Source: Camelus ferus (lineage: Eukaryota). From it: DNA of 64,000 nt. The position numbers and the translations under genes were made by a program. Numbering within the stretch: the stretch's first letter is position 1; the number at the start of each line of letters is the position of its first letter. The stretch is taken from assembly GCF_009834535.1 (NCBI RefSeq), contig NC_045697.1, forward strand, positions 82,958,001-83,022,000, written 5' to 3'. Positions 50,645 through 63,510 of this stretch are shown here, in pieces. Under the pieces are notes generated by a model. The model made no database searches. It had not been told where the DNA came from and saw nothing but the letters and a program-made list of their open reading frames with translations.

Positions 50645-51443
50645 TGTTGTAAAATAACCAAGAAATAACTATAGTCTGCATGCAAAAGATGCTAAAATAC
50701 AAAGATGCCTGTGACCAGGAGGGCTTCAGCGTTCCTCTAAGCTTCACTTCATTTTAGGGACACTTCTTCCTGTCTCCCTGACGTCCCACCCTCCCAGAAT
50801 CTAACAGAATCCAGATGACCTAACTACAGAGCTCCCTCTCCTCTCTCTTCCAAGAGCTTTTATTTAAATAGCTTTTAATTATAAATTTTTCCATGCCCCT
50901 TTTACATGTAAATAGTTTCACAAGCCTCTTGCCAGCTTTACAACCCAGTAATATCTTTCTCAAAGACTTGAGGACCATCTCTTTGAAATACAGTCATCAG
51001 GGAAGGTCGCGCCTCTATCCTCAATTTCTGTAGGAGAGGAGCCTAACTTTGGTGAGTGTCCTGATCCAAGTTCCAAAACTACCTCTTGCCATAAAGATGT
51101 AAGAAATTTATTTTCTACGTATAAAGCTGATTAGTTAACATAGATGTTCACCCCAACAACCAACTGAATTTAGGATGAACTATGTGTGACTAATAGTGCT
51201 GTGAAATCCTTTTACGTGGGGACTAGTTTTTGTTGATATTTAAAATATGTATGTAATGGGTTTATCTACTTAGCTCTACTTAGCTATCTAAACGGGTAAG
51301 TTTCTTTCTTTGTAATTTCTTAGTGGATTGCCTGTGATGCACATCACATTCTGGTTTAATGCTTAATTGATAAAAAAAAAATCATTCTCTTCTATATTTA
51401 TGGAGAATTTTTCTGAGTTGGGAGATTTCATTTTTAGTTATAT
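50645..51443 (+). mobile_element. MER34-like ERV1 5' LTR
   Basis: ttacaacccagtaatatctttctcaaagacttgaggaccatctctttgaaat, ggagcctaactt, taggatgaactatgtgtgac and ggattgcctgtgatgcacatcacattctggtttaatgctta match the recalled MER34-family LTR. The left boundary is uncertain. Confidence 0.82.
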
Positions 51444-52985
51444 TGCTGGTGATGGGGACTAGATGTCTAGAAACTACTGAATTGATTAGATAAACTGAAT
51501 GTCTGTGGCCACACAACAGTCAGAAAAGAGACCCTAAATTATTGAAAAAAAGGAAAAGTCTCCCTCTAGGTGTCCATTATTTTGGAATACTAGCTGAATG
51601 GAACTTCTCTAAATTCAAGATCTTACTATTAACTAATCATGGGTAATGTGGGCTCTAATCTTCCATCAAGATCACCATATAGTCATAATATGTGGGAAGC
51701 CAGGAACATTGCCTGCAGAACTTCCTCTTAAAGAGTTAATAACTCTATGTCATATTTGGAATGGATAAATGAGAGTCCAATTACCTAATGATTGTCATTT
51801 GATTTGGATAAATTAATGTATTTGCTGGGGTTCTTAAGACAGGAATTGTCTCAAGTAAATGAATGACTGGCTCTATGGGATGAAAATCACTCTAAGGAAA
51901 AAAAAAAACTATTTGGATAACTGGAAGAAAAGACTGAGAAAAATGGAAGAGGAAATCTAAGAATTAAAGGCACTTTCCTTTTCACAGAACTTTTCACCTT
52001 TCTCTGCGGTGCCCACTCCCACCGCTTCCCCGGCTCTCTATTGCTCCCTGCCTCACGCTGACTCTTGGGGGAGAGAGGGATGCATGGTTCCCTTCATTAG
52101 TGGGTTTCCTCCTGAAGGGGAACGAGGCCACAACTTCTCCAGCTGGTGAAGATTACTCTCCTTTCGAGGACACAGGCTTGTGCGCCCCATGGCCTCTCCC
52201 TCTATCCACTTTATATCTTAGTCCAGATTCCACCTTCAAAAATCCCTTCTCATCCCCACACCATGTAGTTAGAGAGCATCTGTGATAAGGAAACCTCCTT
52301 AGGAACAATGGAGAACTTGGATAGGAGACCGTGCACCCATGTGAAGGCAGCAGAAAGGAGAGTTGCTATACTAGTCACTTGGGAAAAGGCAAACAAATAA
52401 GGTGTTAAACAGATGAGTGTTAATATGAAAAGGAAACCAACATGCCATATAATTTATACTTTTCTCATCCCGATGTGAGGAAAATTAATCTCATCCTGAT
52501 GTGAGGAAAACTAACCCGTCCTATTTGGATTGCCAGCTAAGCTGATGCTACTGAGAAGCTACGAAGGACTCAAGGGGAATTCAGATGCTGTTCTCACCAG
52601 CTGTTATTACCCACTTAAAGACTTCTTTTCCCTGTATCACAGAAGCTTGCGGAAGTACGCTCCAGCACCTTTCAGTTGACGGCACCACATGTGGGAGTGT
52701 GCACTGACTGTGTTAGAATTCTGCAGCTGGTGGCTGCATGGCATTCTGAAGGCAGCAGACTTTGCTCCTTTGACACAGCAAGCACACTGGAGTCTACCAG
52801 ATCCCCACATCAAGACAATAAAGGGGTGTGACAGCTCAGGGAAAACACCTCCCTGCCAGGACTCCACAACCATGAAAGATCAAAGGGCATCAAGCACGCA
52901 TTAGAAGGGACTGCTAACAACCTTACTTGAAGCCTTCCCACTAAAAGCAAACTTGGAGAAGTAACAGCATTCTAAACCTCCTCAA
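51444..52985 (+). pseudogene. ERV1 internal region: leader and decayed gag; no pol, env or 3' LTR seen
   Basis: ATG at 51639 gives MGNVGS (MG start). Matrix-like SFDLDKLMYL at ~51795, a Pro-rich stretch at ~52010, and capsid-like QQAHWSLP and LLEAFPLKANLEK at ~52775-52960. Multiple stops. Confidence 0.65.
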
Positions 52986-55046
52986 AAATCTTATTTTGGT
53001 AAAGAAAAATGCCATTAACACCATCTAACAAGACTAAAAGGTAAAAAGAAGTTAACCTTAGGGAGGTTTAAAAAAAAAAAGCTTTAATGCCTTTCTAAGA
53101 TGATGGAGAAAAAAATCAGAATTCAATTTTTCTTTTATAACTTCTTGCTGCATGGAGAACAAAAATTAGTATCTTTATTGATACCCAGCCACAGTTTCAA
53201 CATTCTGAAAGTGAAAATATGTACATGAATTAAGCTTTTATAGAATGTGTGAATATAGATTCAATAACTACTTTTAAAGAGTGAACTTCAATCTAATGTC
53301 TATTTTACAATGCCAAATAAGCATATATTTATAAAACTTTATTTCCCTAAGTATTATATTTAATATTAAAATCTTTCATTAATAAAACCACAGAACATGC
53401 TTCCCACTGTGTATAGAGCACAAGGTCGATATTTAAGAAACAAGCACACCACCTAGCTGCTTATCAACACAGATGACAGCACCCACACTAGATACAGTTC
53501 TGATCTACATTCAGTGTTAAATTATATAAACCAATGAAAATTAACACCTGAGGATTACAAAGCCAAATAAGCTATGTCTATAATCAACTATTTTGATATT
53601 CATGTAAGCAAAAAAAATTGGTGTTTAAATTAATATTCTAACACTACCTCATAAATTTTTGAAATATAAATTTGAGCAATCTTGGAAACTTATTTGCAAT
53701 GAATCCTGATTTTTGTTGCTGAAAAATATTATCTAAATGTGATTCTCTTGAGAGTCAAAGAGATCGTAGTTAATAATTACAGTGGGACAAAAGATGGTTG
53801 CAGGCAATCTAATACGTATGGTCGTACCCTGTGGTATGTATGGACACTATATTTTGGCTCAAAACTTTTTCTCAGTTAGAAATGAGTAAGATTAACTATC
53901 CTTATTTGGTAAAAATAAATCAGGTAAAATAAAGATCAAATAAAGTCTATCCCTATACCACTCAGAGTTTTTCTCTGTGACAAAAGCAAGTGTGTTGAAA
54001 TAATACAACCAGTGGTTTTGCTTGTGGACAGTATAGCTGATGTTATTTTCTTGAACTCCTTATTAAATTTTTATTTGTATTTTTTCCAGCTTTACTGAGT
54101 TATGATTGACACAAAAAAATTGTATATATTTAAGGTGAACAAGGTGGTGACTTGATATACATTCTGTTGTGAAATGATTACTACAATGCAGCTAATTACA
54201 CTCATCACCCTGCATAGCTACCATTTTACGTGTATGTGGTAAGAACACTTAAGGTCTATTCTCTTAGCAAATTTCAAGTACATAATATAGTATTATTAAC
54301 TATAGTCATCATACTTTCCATTGGGTATCCAGAACTTACGTATTTTGCAACTGAATGTTTGTGCACTTTGACCAACATTTCTCTGTTTCTTTCAGACCCC
54401 AGACCGTGGCGATCATCATTCTACTGTCTGCTTCTGTGAGTTTAACTTTTTAAGATTGCACATATAAATACTGTATATTATTTGTCTTTCTATGTCTGGC
54501 TTTTTTTACTTAGCATAATGCCCTCCAGGTTCATCCTTATTGTCACAAACGGCAGAATTTCCATTTTTTTGTGGCTAAGTAATATGCCATATATATTACA
54601 TATAATTTCACATTTTTTACCCTTAATCTGATAATGGATACTTAGGTTGAATCCATGCCTTGTCAATTGTGAATAATGCTGAAAAGGAACATGGGGGTGC
54701 AAATTTCTCTTTGGGATACTGATTTCATTTCTTTTGGATATATACCCAGAATTGGAACTTCTGGATCATATAGTAGTTCTATGTCAAATTTTTTGAGAAA
54801 CCTTATGTTGTTTTCCATAATGGCTTACCAATTTACTTTCCTGTCAACAGGCATATAGGGTTCTCTTTTATCCACATGCTCAACAATGCTTACTATCTCT
54901 TGTCTTTTTGTCAATAGCTATCCTGACAGGTGTGAGGTGGTATCTTGTAGGTTTGATTTGCACCTCCCTGATGATTAGTGATGCTGAACATTATTGCATA
55001 TACCTTTTATGTATTTGTGTTTTTTGGAAAGATGAATATTCAGGTC

Positions 55047-55397
55047 TTGTCTGATCAGGCTACCATAAAAAATAAAACACAGATTGAGCAGCTTCTAAAC
55101 AAAAGAAGTTTATTTCTCATAGCTCTAGAGGCTAGGAAGTCCAAGACGAAGGCACCAACAAGGTTGTATTCTGGTGAGAGCCCTCTTTCTAGCTCATAGC
55201 CAGAGCTTTCTTACTGTGTTCCTTACTTGGTGGAAGAGGGAAAGGATCTCTGTGGGTCTCTTTTAAAAGAACACTAACCCCATTCAGGAAGGCTTACCCT
55301 CTTGACCTAAACACCTTCCAAAGGTTTCACTTCCTAATACTATTATCTATGGGGGGGGTTAGGATTTCAAAATATGAATTTTGTGACGACACAAGCA
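55047..55397 (-). mobile_element. MLT1A0-like MaLR solo LTR inserted in L1
   Basis: agaagtttatttctcatagctctagaggctaggaagtccaagacgaaggcacca ... ggttaggatttcaaaatatgaattt. Perfect 5-bp TSD aggtc at 55042-55046 and 55398-55402, the MaLR-typical length. Confidence 0.92.
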
Positions 55398-56216
55398 AGG
55401 TCATTTACCCAGTTTTAAATCAGGTTACTTTGTTTTTGTTTGGTTGGTTTATTTCGCTACTGAGTTATGTGAGTTCCTAATGTATTTTGGATATTATCGC
55501 CTATCAGATGTATGGTTTGCAAATACCCATTCTCTACATTGCCTTTTCATTTTGTTGCTTGTTTCCTGTGAAGAAGTTTTTGAGTTTGATGCTATCACAC
55601 TTGTCTATTTTTGCTTTTGTTGCCTGTGCTTGAAGAATAGCTTGGCCATGTAGAGTATTCTTATTTGGCAGGTTTTTGTTTTGGTTTTTTTTTTCTTGTC
55701 AGCAATATTATCCAACTCCCTCTTGGCCTAGAATTTTCTGTTGAGAAATACACTTGTAGCTTTAAAGGGATTCCCTTGTATGTGGCAAGTCCCTTTTCCT
55801 TTGTGGCATTCAAAATTTTCTGTCTTTGATTTTTTCAATTTGATGCTACTTTATTTGTGGTTATCTTCTTTGGGTTCATCTTGCTTGGGTCTTTTGAGCT
55901 TCATGAACCTGAATATCTGTCTCCCTCTTAAGATTTGCTAATATTCAGTCATTATTTCTTTAAATAAGCTCTCTGCCCCTTTCTCTCTCTCTCCTTCTGG
56001 GACTCCCATAATGTGTACATTTATTCACTTGATGTTACACCACAGGTCCCATATACTTTCTTCACTTTTCATTTTTCTTTGTTTCTGTAACTGGCTAATT
56101 TCAAATGACCTATATTCAAGTTTGCTGATTCTTTCTATTACATGATTGAGTTAGCCATTGGAGCAATCTGTTTAATTTTTCAATTCTGGCATTGTACCCT
56201 TCAGCTCCATTATTCC

Positions 56217-56426
56217 TTTTTTTGTATTTTAATATATATTTTATTGAAGTATAATCAGTTTACAATGTGTCAGTTTCTGGTGTACAGCACAGTACTTCAG
56301 TCATATAGGAACATACATCTATTCATTTTCATATTCTTTTTCACCATAAGTTACTACAAGATATTGAATATTGTTCCTGGTGCTATACAGCATAAACTTC
56401 TTTATGTGTGTTATATATATTAGTTA
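56217..56426 (-). mobile_element. Young camelid-type L1 3'-end insertion nested in ORF1 of the older L1
   Basis: Nearly the same sequence as ~870-1050 (attcattttcatattctttttcaccataagttactacaagatattgaata). Confidence 0.9.
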
Positions 56427-58764
56427 GTTAAACTTCTCATTTTGTTAATACTTTGTTTTCCTGATTTTATTTAGTTATTTGTGTTGTCTTGCATCTCACT
56501 GAGCTTTTTTAACATGAGTATTCTGATTTCTTGTCAAGTACCCATTAGATCTCTATTTCTTTGGGGTCAGTTACCATAGTTTTACTAGTGTCCTTTAGTG
56601 AAATTATGTTTGCCTTATTTTTTATGATCTATGTAGCCTTGCATTGATGTCTGTGCACTTGAAGAAGCAAACATTTCCTCCAATATTTACAGACTGGTTT
56701 TGGAAGGTAGAGGCATTCCCTGTTAGTTTCCTGGGTTGAAGGGACTGCTTCTGGGGTCACAGCTGAGTGAAGTTGGAACTGATCACATACCTACTGCTGG
56801 GTCTGTGGAATGGCCTGTAGTTGACTGGTCTTTTGCCAGGGTTTTGGGCAGGCTGGGATCATGTCTTACTCCTTGGCAAGTGGAGCTGATTCCAGGACGC
56901 TGTTCATTAGGGCTGATGCTAGGACAAGTGTATGCAAGGTCTGTAGAAAGTAGAACTGTTACTAGGTTTGTGGACAGTGTGGCTCCTGCAGGGTCCCTGG
57001 AAAAGCTCCCTCTGGGTTACTGTGTGGGAACCTGGCCAGGCAGGACTGCTTCCAGACCATGCTAGGAATGGCTGGAACAAGGCTATAGAGCCACTTCAAG
57101 ATATGCAGTCTGACTGGGATCAACAGGTCTGCTTCCAGTGGCATGGATAGGCATGTCTCCCAGTGGGCCTTGGGTGAACAGGCTTGCCAGACCACAGCTG
57201 AGAGTTGCTGGAGCTGGGTCACAGGACGCTTCAGAGTCCACAGGTAAGGCTGAAGTTAGTGAGCTTGACACCCAAGGAAGAAGCAGGCATTATTCCTCAA
57301 ATCATTTAGTGATGGTGCTGGTGATGGGTAAACTGGGCTGTACTTGAGTCTACAGAGAGACAGAAGTATTTATGGATCTGTAGCCAGGACCATGACCACT
57401 GAGCCTGCCACATGGATATGAGCCTGCCTTTTCTAAAGGTCACTCCTTAGTCTTGAGTTTCACCTGAGTTTTACAACCTCCTACCTGAACCCTGAAGCTC
57501 TCACAAAGGGCTGCCAAAGTATTGTTACTGTGCAGGGGATACAAGCAGGGGCCCTCCTACACTGCCATCTTACTTGTGTCACTCCCAAACTCCCTATTTC
57601 TTTTTTAATATGAGGGACTCTCGTGGTTCAATCAAGACTTCATTAAATTTTAGTCTTATTTAATTTACATGGCTACTATGTCAGATTGAAAAAGTGCTTT
57701 CTAAAGAAAAATCTTTACTTGATTTTCCTTTTCACTTGGAAAAATCCAGTGCCTTGTCGAGGATTTGGGGGATTTAAGTGGTACATTTACACAAGAAGCA
57801 TGTATTTAACATGTATTCATATCAACTTCTCACCACTGGAAGATATATGAATTCTAAAGCAATGTCAGCTCCAGTTTTTTCACACTATATAGCTATCAAA
57901 TATCTCCATAAAAATATAATCCATAGGAAGCTGTGTATACTGTGATGCCCAGTGAAGATACTGGGTGGAAAGACTATAATGGCTTCATTGATTTCAATTA
58001 CAGTTCTCTTAAGCTTTTAATTTTAAAACAATGTGCATGATTTGAAGGAAAAATTTAGGAATTATCAAACCTGAAATTATATTTTAACCAGAGGCAGCAT
58101 TATATTTTTAAAAGAACTTAGGTTTTAGAATGCTAAGCTAAATTATTAAAATGCATGCATTATGTATTACTGACTTTTGTTTAAAGTAGTTGCACAAATA
58201 TTTTTCACTCCATAAATTAGAGATAACAATTATCTTGCAGGACTGTTTTTGAAATAGATTATATAACATATGCTATTGTCTCAAGCCTTATCATAAATAA
58301 GTAAATCCCAATTTTATTAATTTTGATGACAGAAAAATTTCTATTAAAGTTTGCAATTTTAGTGATATTTACCTTTTAGTGCCTATATTTGCTGGCAACG
58401 TGTGGTTCAGTCTAAAACCAACAAATTTAAAGCACATGTAAGTTATAATGCAACTATGTCACTATAGAGCAAAATTTTATTAGAGCAATATTTTATACTT
58501 AATTTATATTAGATTGCATCTTTTTACTTATTAGGACACTAACTCTCTACTATGAAAAATTGTTGTAGGTCACAACTGAAGTTACATTAATTAACAATGA
58601 AAGCATTTATTTCCTCTCAGGCTATAGGAAGCCACGGTCATTATACTGTACGTGCTGGTATTATCAGGATCAAGTCCTGGGTTGTCTTTTCTTTTTCAGG
58701 ACTCTTAGAGACAATATTTTACCACAGTCCCAGAATTATAAATAACATTATAAATTGATAACAC

Positions 58765-58985
58765 GTAAATTCACATCCCTAATCCTGAATTGCTACCTGA
58801 GCTCCAGATTCATATATAGACGACTTGACTTCTATACTTCAGTGAATAGAAATTTCAAACCAAACTTAATCAAAACAGAACACTTGATTCCATCTTTTAC
58901 TTAAAATCTCCAATTTTTTTTCTCATTTCAACAAACATCTCAGCTACCTATCCAGTTGCTTAAATCAAAACACAGAAGATCCTCA
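58765..58985 (+). mobile_element. L2 relic
   Basis: cctgagctccagattcatatat, tcaaaccaaacttaatcaaaacagaacacttgatt and tatccagttgcttaaatcaaaa. Confidence 0.7.
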
Positions 58986-59221
58986 AGGAATATACCAAGT
59001 ATGGTCAAAAAGGATATTCAGAGAAGGTGAGGTTATAGGAGATTTTGTTGAAGATTCATGATTTGGAGGACAAAGTGAAAGTTTTCCAGGTGCTATATGA
59101 GGATATATGAATATGAGGATAGAATAGTGCAGGTACAGAGAAACAGAAAGAACATATTATGCAAGATAAAAGGACTCTAGGAGTTCTCATGCCTTTGGTG
59201 AATGACATTAACGGACACAAT

Positions 59222-59680
59222 ACTGGATAATTTACAAAAATGTCTGCAGTTATTTTCTTCCCTGTAGCCATTTCTGTTTCAATATGACCTTGGGGGTTCT
59301 ACCTACCAATAATCAGTCTATTTATGCACTATTGACATCTCAGATGGTCTTGTAACTTGCTTGGTTTAATAACATTTTAAGAAAATGACATTATACATGG
59401 TTAAACCTAGGTCCCTGCGTGTGATCTAACAGGATGCAGTCCCAGTTGTCCCAGCTGAGACCCAGAAAATTGAGAAAACCCAGCTAAGATCAACAAAGCT
59501 AACCTTTTCCTGAGCTTCAGATGACAACAGACATTTGAGGGGCTCCCACTGAGACAAAAATGATCTTCCAGCTAAGTATGGACGAAGTGGAGACCCCCAT
59601 AATTGTGAGTTAAATAAGTGGCTTTGTCATAAGCCATTAAATCTTGTAATAATTGGTTTTACAGCAGTAAATAACCAATA
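59222..59680 (+). mobile_element. MaLR LTR (MLT1G/H-like)
   Basis: ggtcttgtaacttgctt, cccagttgtcccagctgagaccc, cccagctaagatca and aattgtgagttaaataagtggc...taagccattaa...ttacagcagtaaataaccaata. Confidence 0.72.
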
Positions 59681-60219
59681 AATGAACCATCCATGTAGTC
59701 CTGGGCAATAGAAAGCAAAAAATGGTGATAAGGCTGTGAACGTTAAGATGATAAGGAGGGTAGTGTCTAGGTCCTCCTTGGTGTGTAGACCTGTGGATGT
59801 CTTGACCCCTGAAGATAAAAATGAGTCTATAGTAGGAGTCTTACTTTGATACCTAGAGCTTCATCTTATCCCTGTTGGTGTAGGAAAATTTAAGAAGCCT
59901 TAATTTTTTGCAGATCTTAATATATTCAATGAAAAAGATTAGGTCATCCCTATTTCTTTGGTATTAAACCTTCTTTATGAAATTGTGTTGAAAATAAAAT
60001 GTATTTTGCTCCTTTTAAAATCAGTTTTAATACAGCAAAATAAAGCACTGACTAGCTTAATACTATCAAATACTGTATCTCTTCTTGGACCAAAGGAAGA
60101 ATATAGTACACTGTATCACTGAAAACAGATTTGGGGTTTGTGCATAGTTTTGTTCAATGGATGAATCTTTCTTGGATTTTTTTTCTTTGATTGTTAGTTC
60201 ATTCTTTCTCTCCTACCTG

Positions 60220-60415
60220 TGTGGCTAAAGGACCCTGGCATTAAGAAGCTGCATGAGAGAAGGAAGCCAAGTTCCTGAGTCTCACCTGGAAGGAATTCAG
60301 TAAAGTCATGTGAGCTTCATTGGAAATTGGTATGAGAAACATTTTATTGTATTAAGCAATTGAAATAGTTGAGTTGTTTAATACAGCCCCTAGTACATAT
60401 TACCCTGTTTAATAA
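60220..60415 (+). mobile_element. MaLR LTR 3' fragment (MLT1J-like)
   Basis: gaaggaagccaagttcctgagt and tgagaaacattttattgtattaagcaattgaaat...ttaccctgtttaata. Confidence 0.55.
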
Positions 60416-63400
60416 GGTCATAAATATTTTACATGACTCAAGAATTCTAACTAGCACTGTTCTTGTGTATTACAAATTATCTTATACCTTCTTAAAAAGT
60501 CCAGATTTTATAATATTAATTATATGGTACAGAGAAATGACTGTTTATTTGCACTTTATTTTTATTTCATTCTACTTGCCTCTTTCTGTATTATATCTAT
60601 CTTACAATTTACAGGAAATGCATCTGCACTGTGACAGATGGGAGCCTCATGTTTTGCTTCACTGATTCCTATTCTCATCATGTATGGCTGCCCTTAATAC
60701 ATGAAGTAAATGTGCAGCAGTTATGTTTGCAAACTGAGTCTTCGTCTAACCATGAAAACAGTATGGCTTTATAATTGGCATGACTTCTTCCTGTCTTGGA
60801 AATGACTATGTTAAGTTAGAATCTGTTGGGCAGAGATTTTATACAGTTTTTGATTGAAACTTACAAAACTGTCAGCCATGCTGAAGTAAATACAAAGCAG
60901 GATAGAAAATGCAAAGTTTAAGAACTTTTGTAAGTAGCTTATGTCTTCATGAAAAATTTTCCAGAGCTATTAACTACAGAAATATTAGACTGGTGTTTGC
61001 TAAATAAAAGACTGCCTCTAAAAGTGAAAACCAAAGAAGGAAGAGGAAAAAGGAATTGGTGAAACCAAAACATGATGCTCAGAAACTGCTCTTTGTCTAC
61101 GATGACCTCTACTGTGACACTCGGGGTTTGCATTCTCTAAGAAAAAGTGTGAAAAAACATTAGTCAAAGGTAGAAGGAATTGATTTTAATGTCTCTTAAA
61201 ACGTAAAGACTAAAATCCCACTTTCACAGGAGTTTGAAAAATATTTAGGCATTAAATGATTATATTGGTGGTAGTTATAATGGATGCATCTACCTACCTA
61301 CACATTTTCTTATATTTAAGGCTTTAAAATCTACCTATGCCAGTTTGCACAGTACAAAGAAACAGACAAATATACTTTTTACTTTTTTTTTTTTTTTACT
61401 AAATTTGTTAGTCTTTTTTAAACTTATAGGTTTCTTTTTCCCTCTATAGATGATATTAATCATTGGCATGTCTCCATGTCCTCTGGGCCAATGGGTGTGT
61501 AAACACAGACACAAATGCCCTTTGGCCTTACCATTTTCAGAGCCAGTACTCTTGAGCTTTCAATAATCTAAGGGATTTGCTTCTGGCGACATGATACTCT
61601 TTTGCCAGAATACAACTTTCCTGCAAGGGACATGGTCTTTAAAACTTTGCCCTTTTCCATCAAGTTCTTACTGTCCTCAGACCAAGCTCTCAGCTACTTG
61701 ACAGAGGACTTCATGTGATATTTGTTAAGAAAGTTTATGATAGATATGTCTGTATACAATGTGTTTGTTAGTGTTCTTAGATGAACAGGCTAGGGCTTGG
61801 TGAAAATACACAGGAGGGCTGCTAACTATGGTGGCTTCAGACACTGTGGCAAAGCAATAAAGGTGAGATTTTAGATAAAGTGCCTCCACAAATACATTAC
61901 ATACAACATTTAACACACACATTTGCAAAATTAAAAAAAAAAGAGTGCCTTAGAGAAATTATAATTTTCTCATTCATTTCTAAGGTAAGAAGCATTATCT
62001 ATATTCACATTTTCATAGACTGTTTTGCTAACTATAGCTAGATGATTTCCTGACATCAAGAGTAGTATTAAGAAAGAGGGCCAGACTGTATGAAAATACA
62101 TCTATTCTCTTGCCATATGCTGGGTATTTTGATTTATTAACAATATTATATACAGCAAACAACTTTGCTGCTTTTACTTATTATTTCCATCTGTCAAACT
62201 GGTACTCTCTGGGGTCAGCTGTAGAAAATTACTTCAAAGAGAATATTGCTTATAAACCTCTCTTTATATGTTATATACTTTGAATAAATGAAACACAATT
62301 ATATTGTGATTAAGGAACTCCCTTTCAAAGCTGTTAAAGCATAATTCCTTATAAAAAATGTCTTGATTAAACATTAATTTATTGAAATTTAGTATAAAGT
62401 TATCTTAGTCAAATAACATAGTTATCTTTAACTATGTTAGTCAAAAATATGAACAAATCTTCATTGTGTCTATCAGAATAGCATGTTAAAACTTCTGACT
62501 TATAAGGATGCTTTCCTAGTTTAGAGAACAAAGTTAAAGTCTCTCTCATTAACCTTGAAGAGAGATTTCTTAACATGTTAATAAAAAACAACTCTTAGCT
62601 GTGGGATGTCATATGAATAATAATAGGTCAGTTGGGGTACCTTATTGGATAAATTTAAGGAGAGTTGGTAACATTTCATCGCAATTGTTAGTTTGATAAG
62701 CTTGTCACAATTGTCCTATCACCTACTCACTTGCTCTTTGTCACAGGTTTCAGACACGAATTTATAATTGCTGAAGTGAAATTAGCACTTGGCCTTTGAT
62801 ATCCAAATTAAATTTGATTTAAAGTGGAAGTTACTTATTAATGGATGTATGTATATATTTGTATTTTTAAAAAGATTTTGGTATCTTTATACTACTGTCT
62901 TGAATCTTTTCCATTTAAGATAACCAAGGTATGATTTTTAAAGCTTAAATAATATATGAAATGTGTTATATACACTCTATAGGACTCAAAAGTCAAAGTA
63001 CATTTACTGTGTCAAGATTTTACAAAGGCTAGTAGATAATATATAGTATTTTCAGTAAGAACGATAATTTGGCATTGCTAACTTTGTAATCTGCCTCTTA
63101 CAAATCTAGTTTCCACTCTTAAATGAGATTCCTCTTTGGGAAAAAGTTTTTTTCCTATTCTTAAATGACATATTTTTATAGTAATTTTTTCTTACATTGT
63201 TTCATCTCACATTTAAAGCTGTAACTTCTAAGTAGGAATGCTATTTTCATGAGCTGTTGGATACTTTTAGGGTGACCCAAGGGGCTACGTTTAGCCTGTA
63301 AATTTCCCACCTGACTTCAATTATTTAGATTCAAGTTAGTCTAATCAGTCTCTCACCCAGCAGTTTAGAATTAGGACTGAATAAATCTATTCCTTGAGAT

Positions 63401-63510
63401 TGAACAGTGTAAAAGATTCAATCAGTGGGTGGCTATATGTAAACAAAGCCGACAAGAGACAGTTTATAAAGGTAGGGGAGCAGAAAGTTCAGAAAGAAAA
63501 AGTAATACAG

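Larger units (their letters stand above)
54075..57586 (-). mobile_element. Old LINE-1 retaining both ends but lacking most of ORF2; hosts an MLT1A0 LTR and a young L1 tail
   Basis: 3' UTR cagctttactgagttatgattgac; ORF2 C-terminal antisense sequence to ~55630, then directly ORF1 antisense (gaagaatagcttggccatgtagagtattctt); 5' terminus ctcctacactgccatcttacttgtgtcactc. Confidence 0.9.

Noticed and set aside
56736..57347. Cluster of overlapping ORFs in GC-richer sequence
   Set aside because: It lies within an L1 5' UTR, where higher GC lowers stop-codon frequency. No recognisable domain.
61532..61620. Minus-strand exon-like segment (cccttgcag|...aaatg|gtaagg)
   Set aside because: There are stops in all three frames and no independent support. 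A non-coding exon cannot be excluded.
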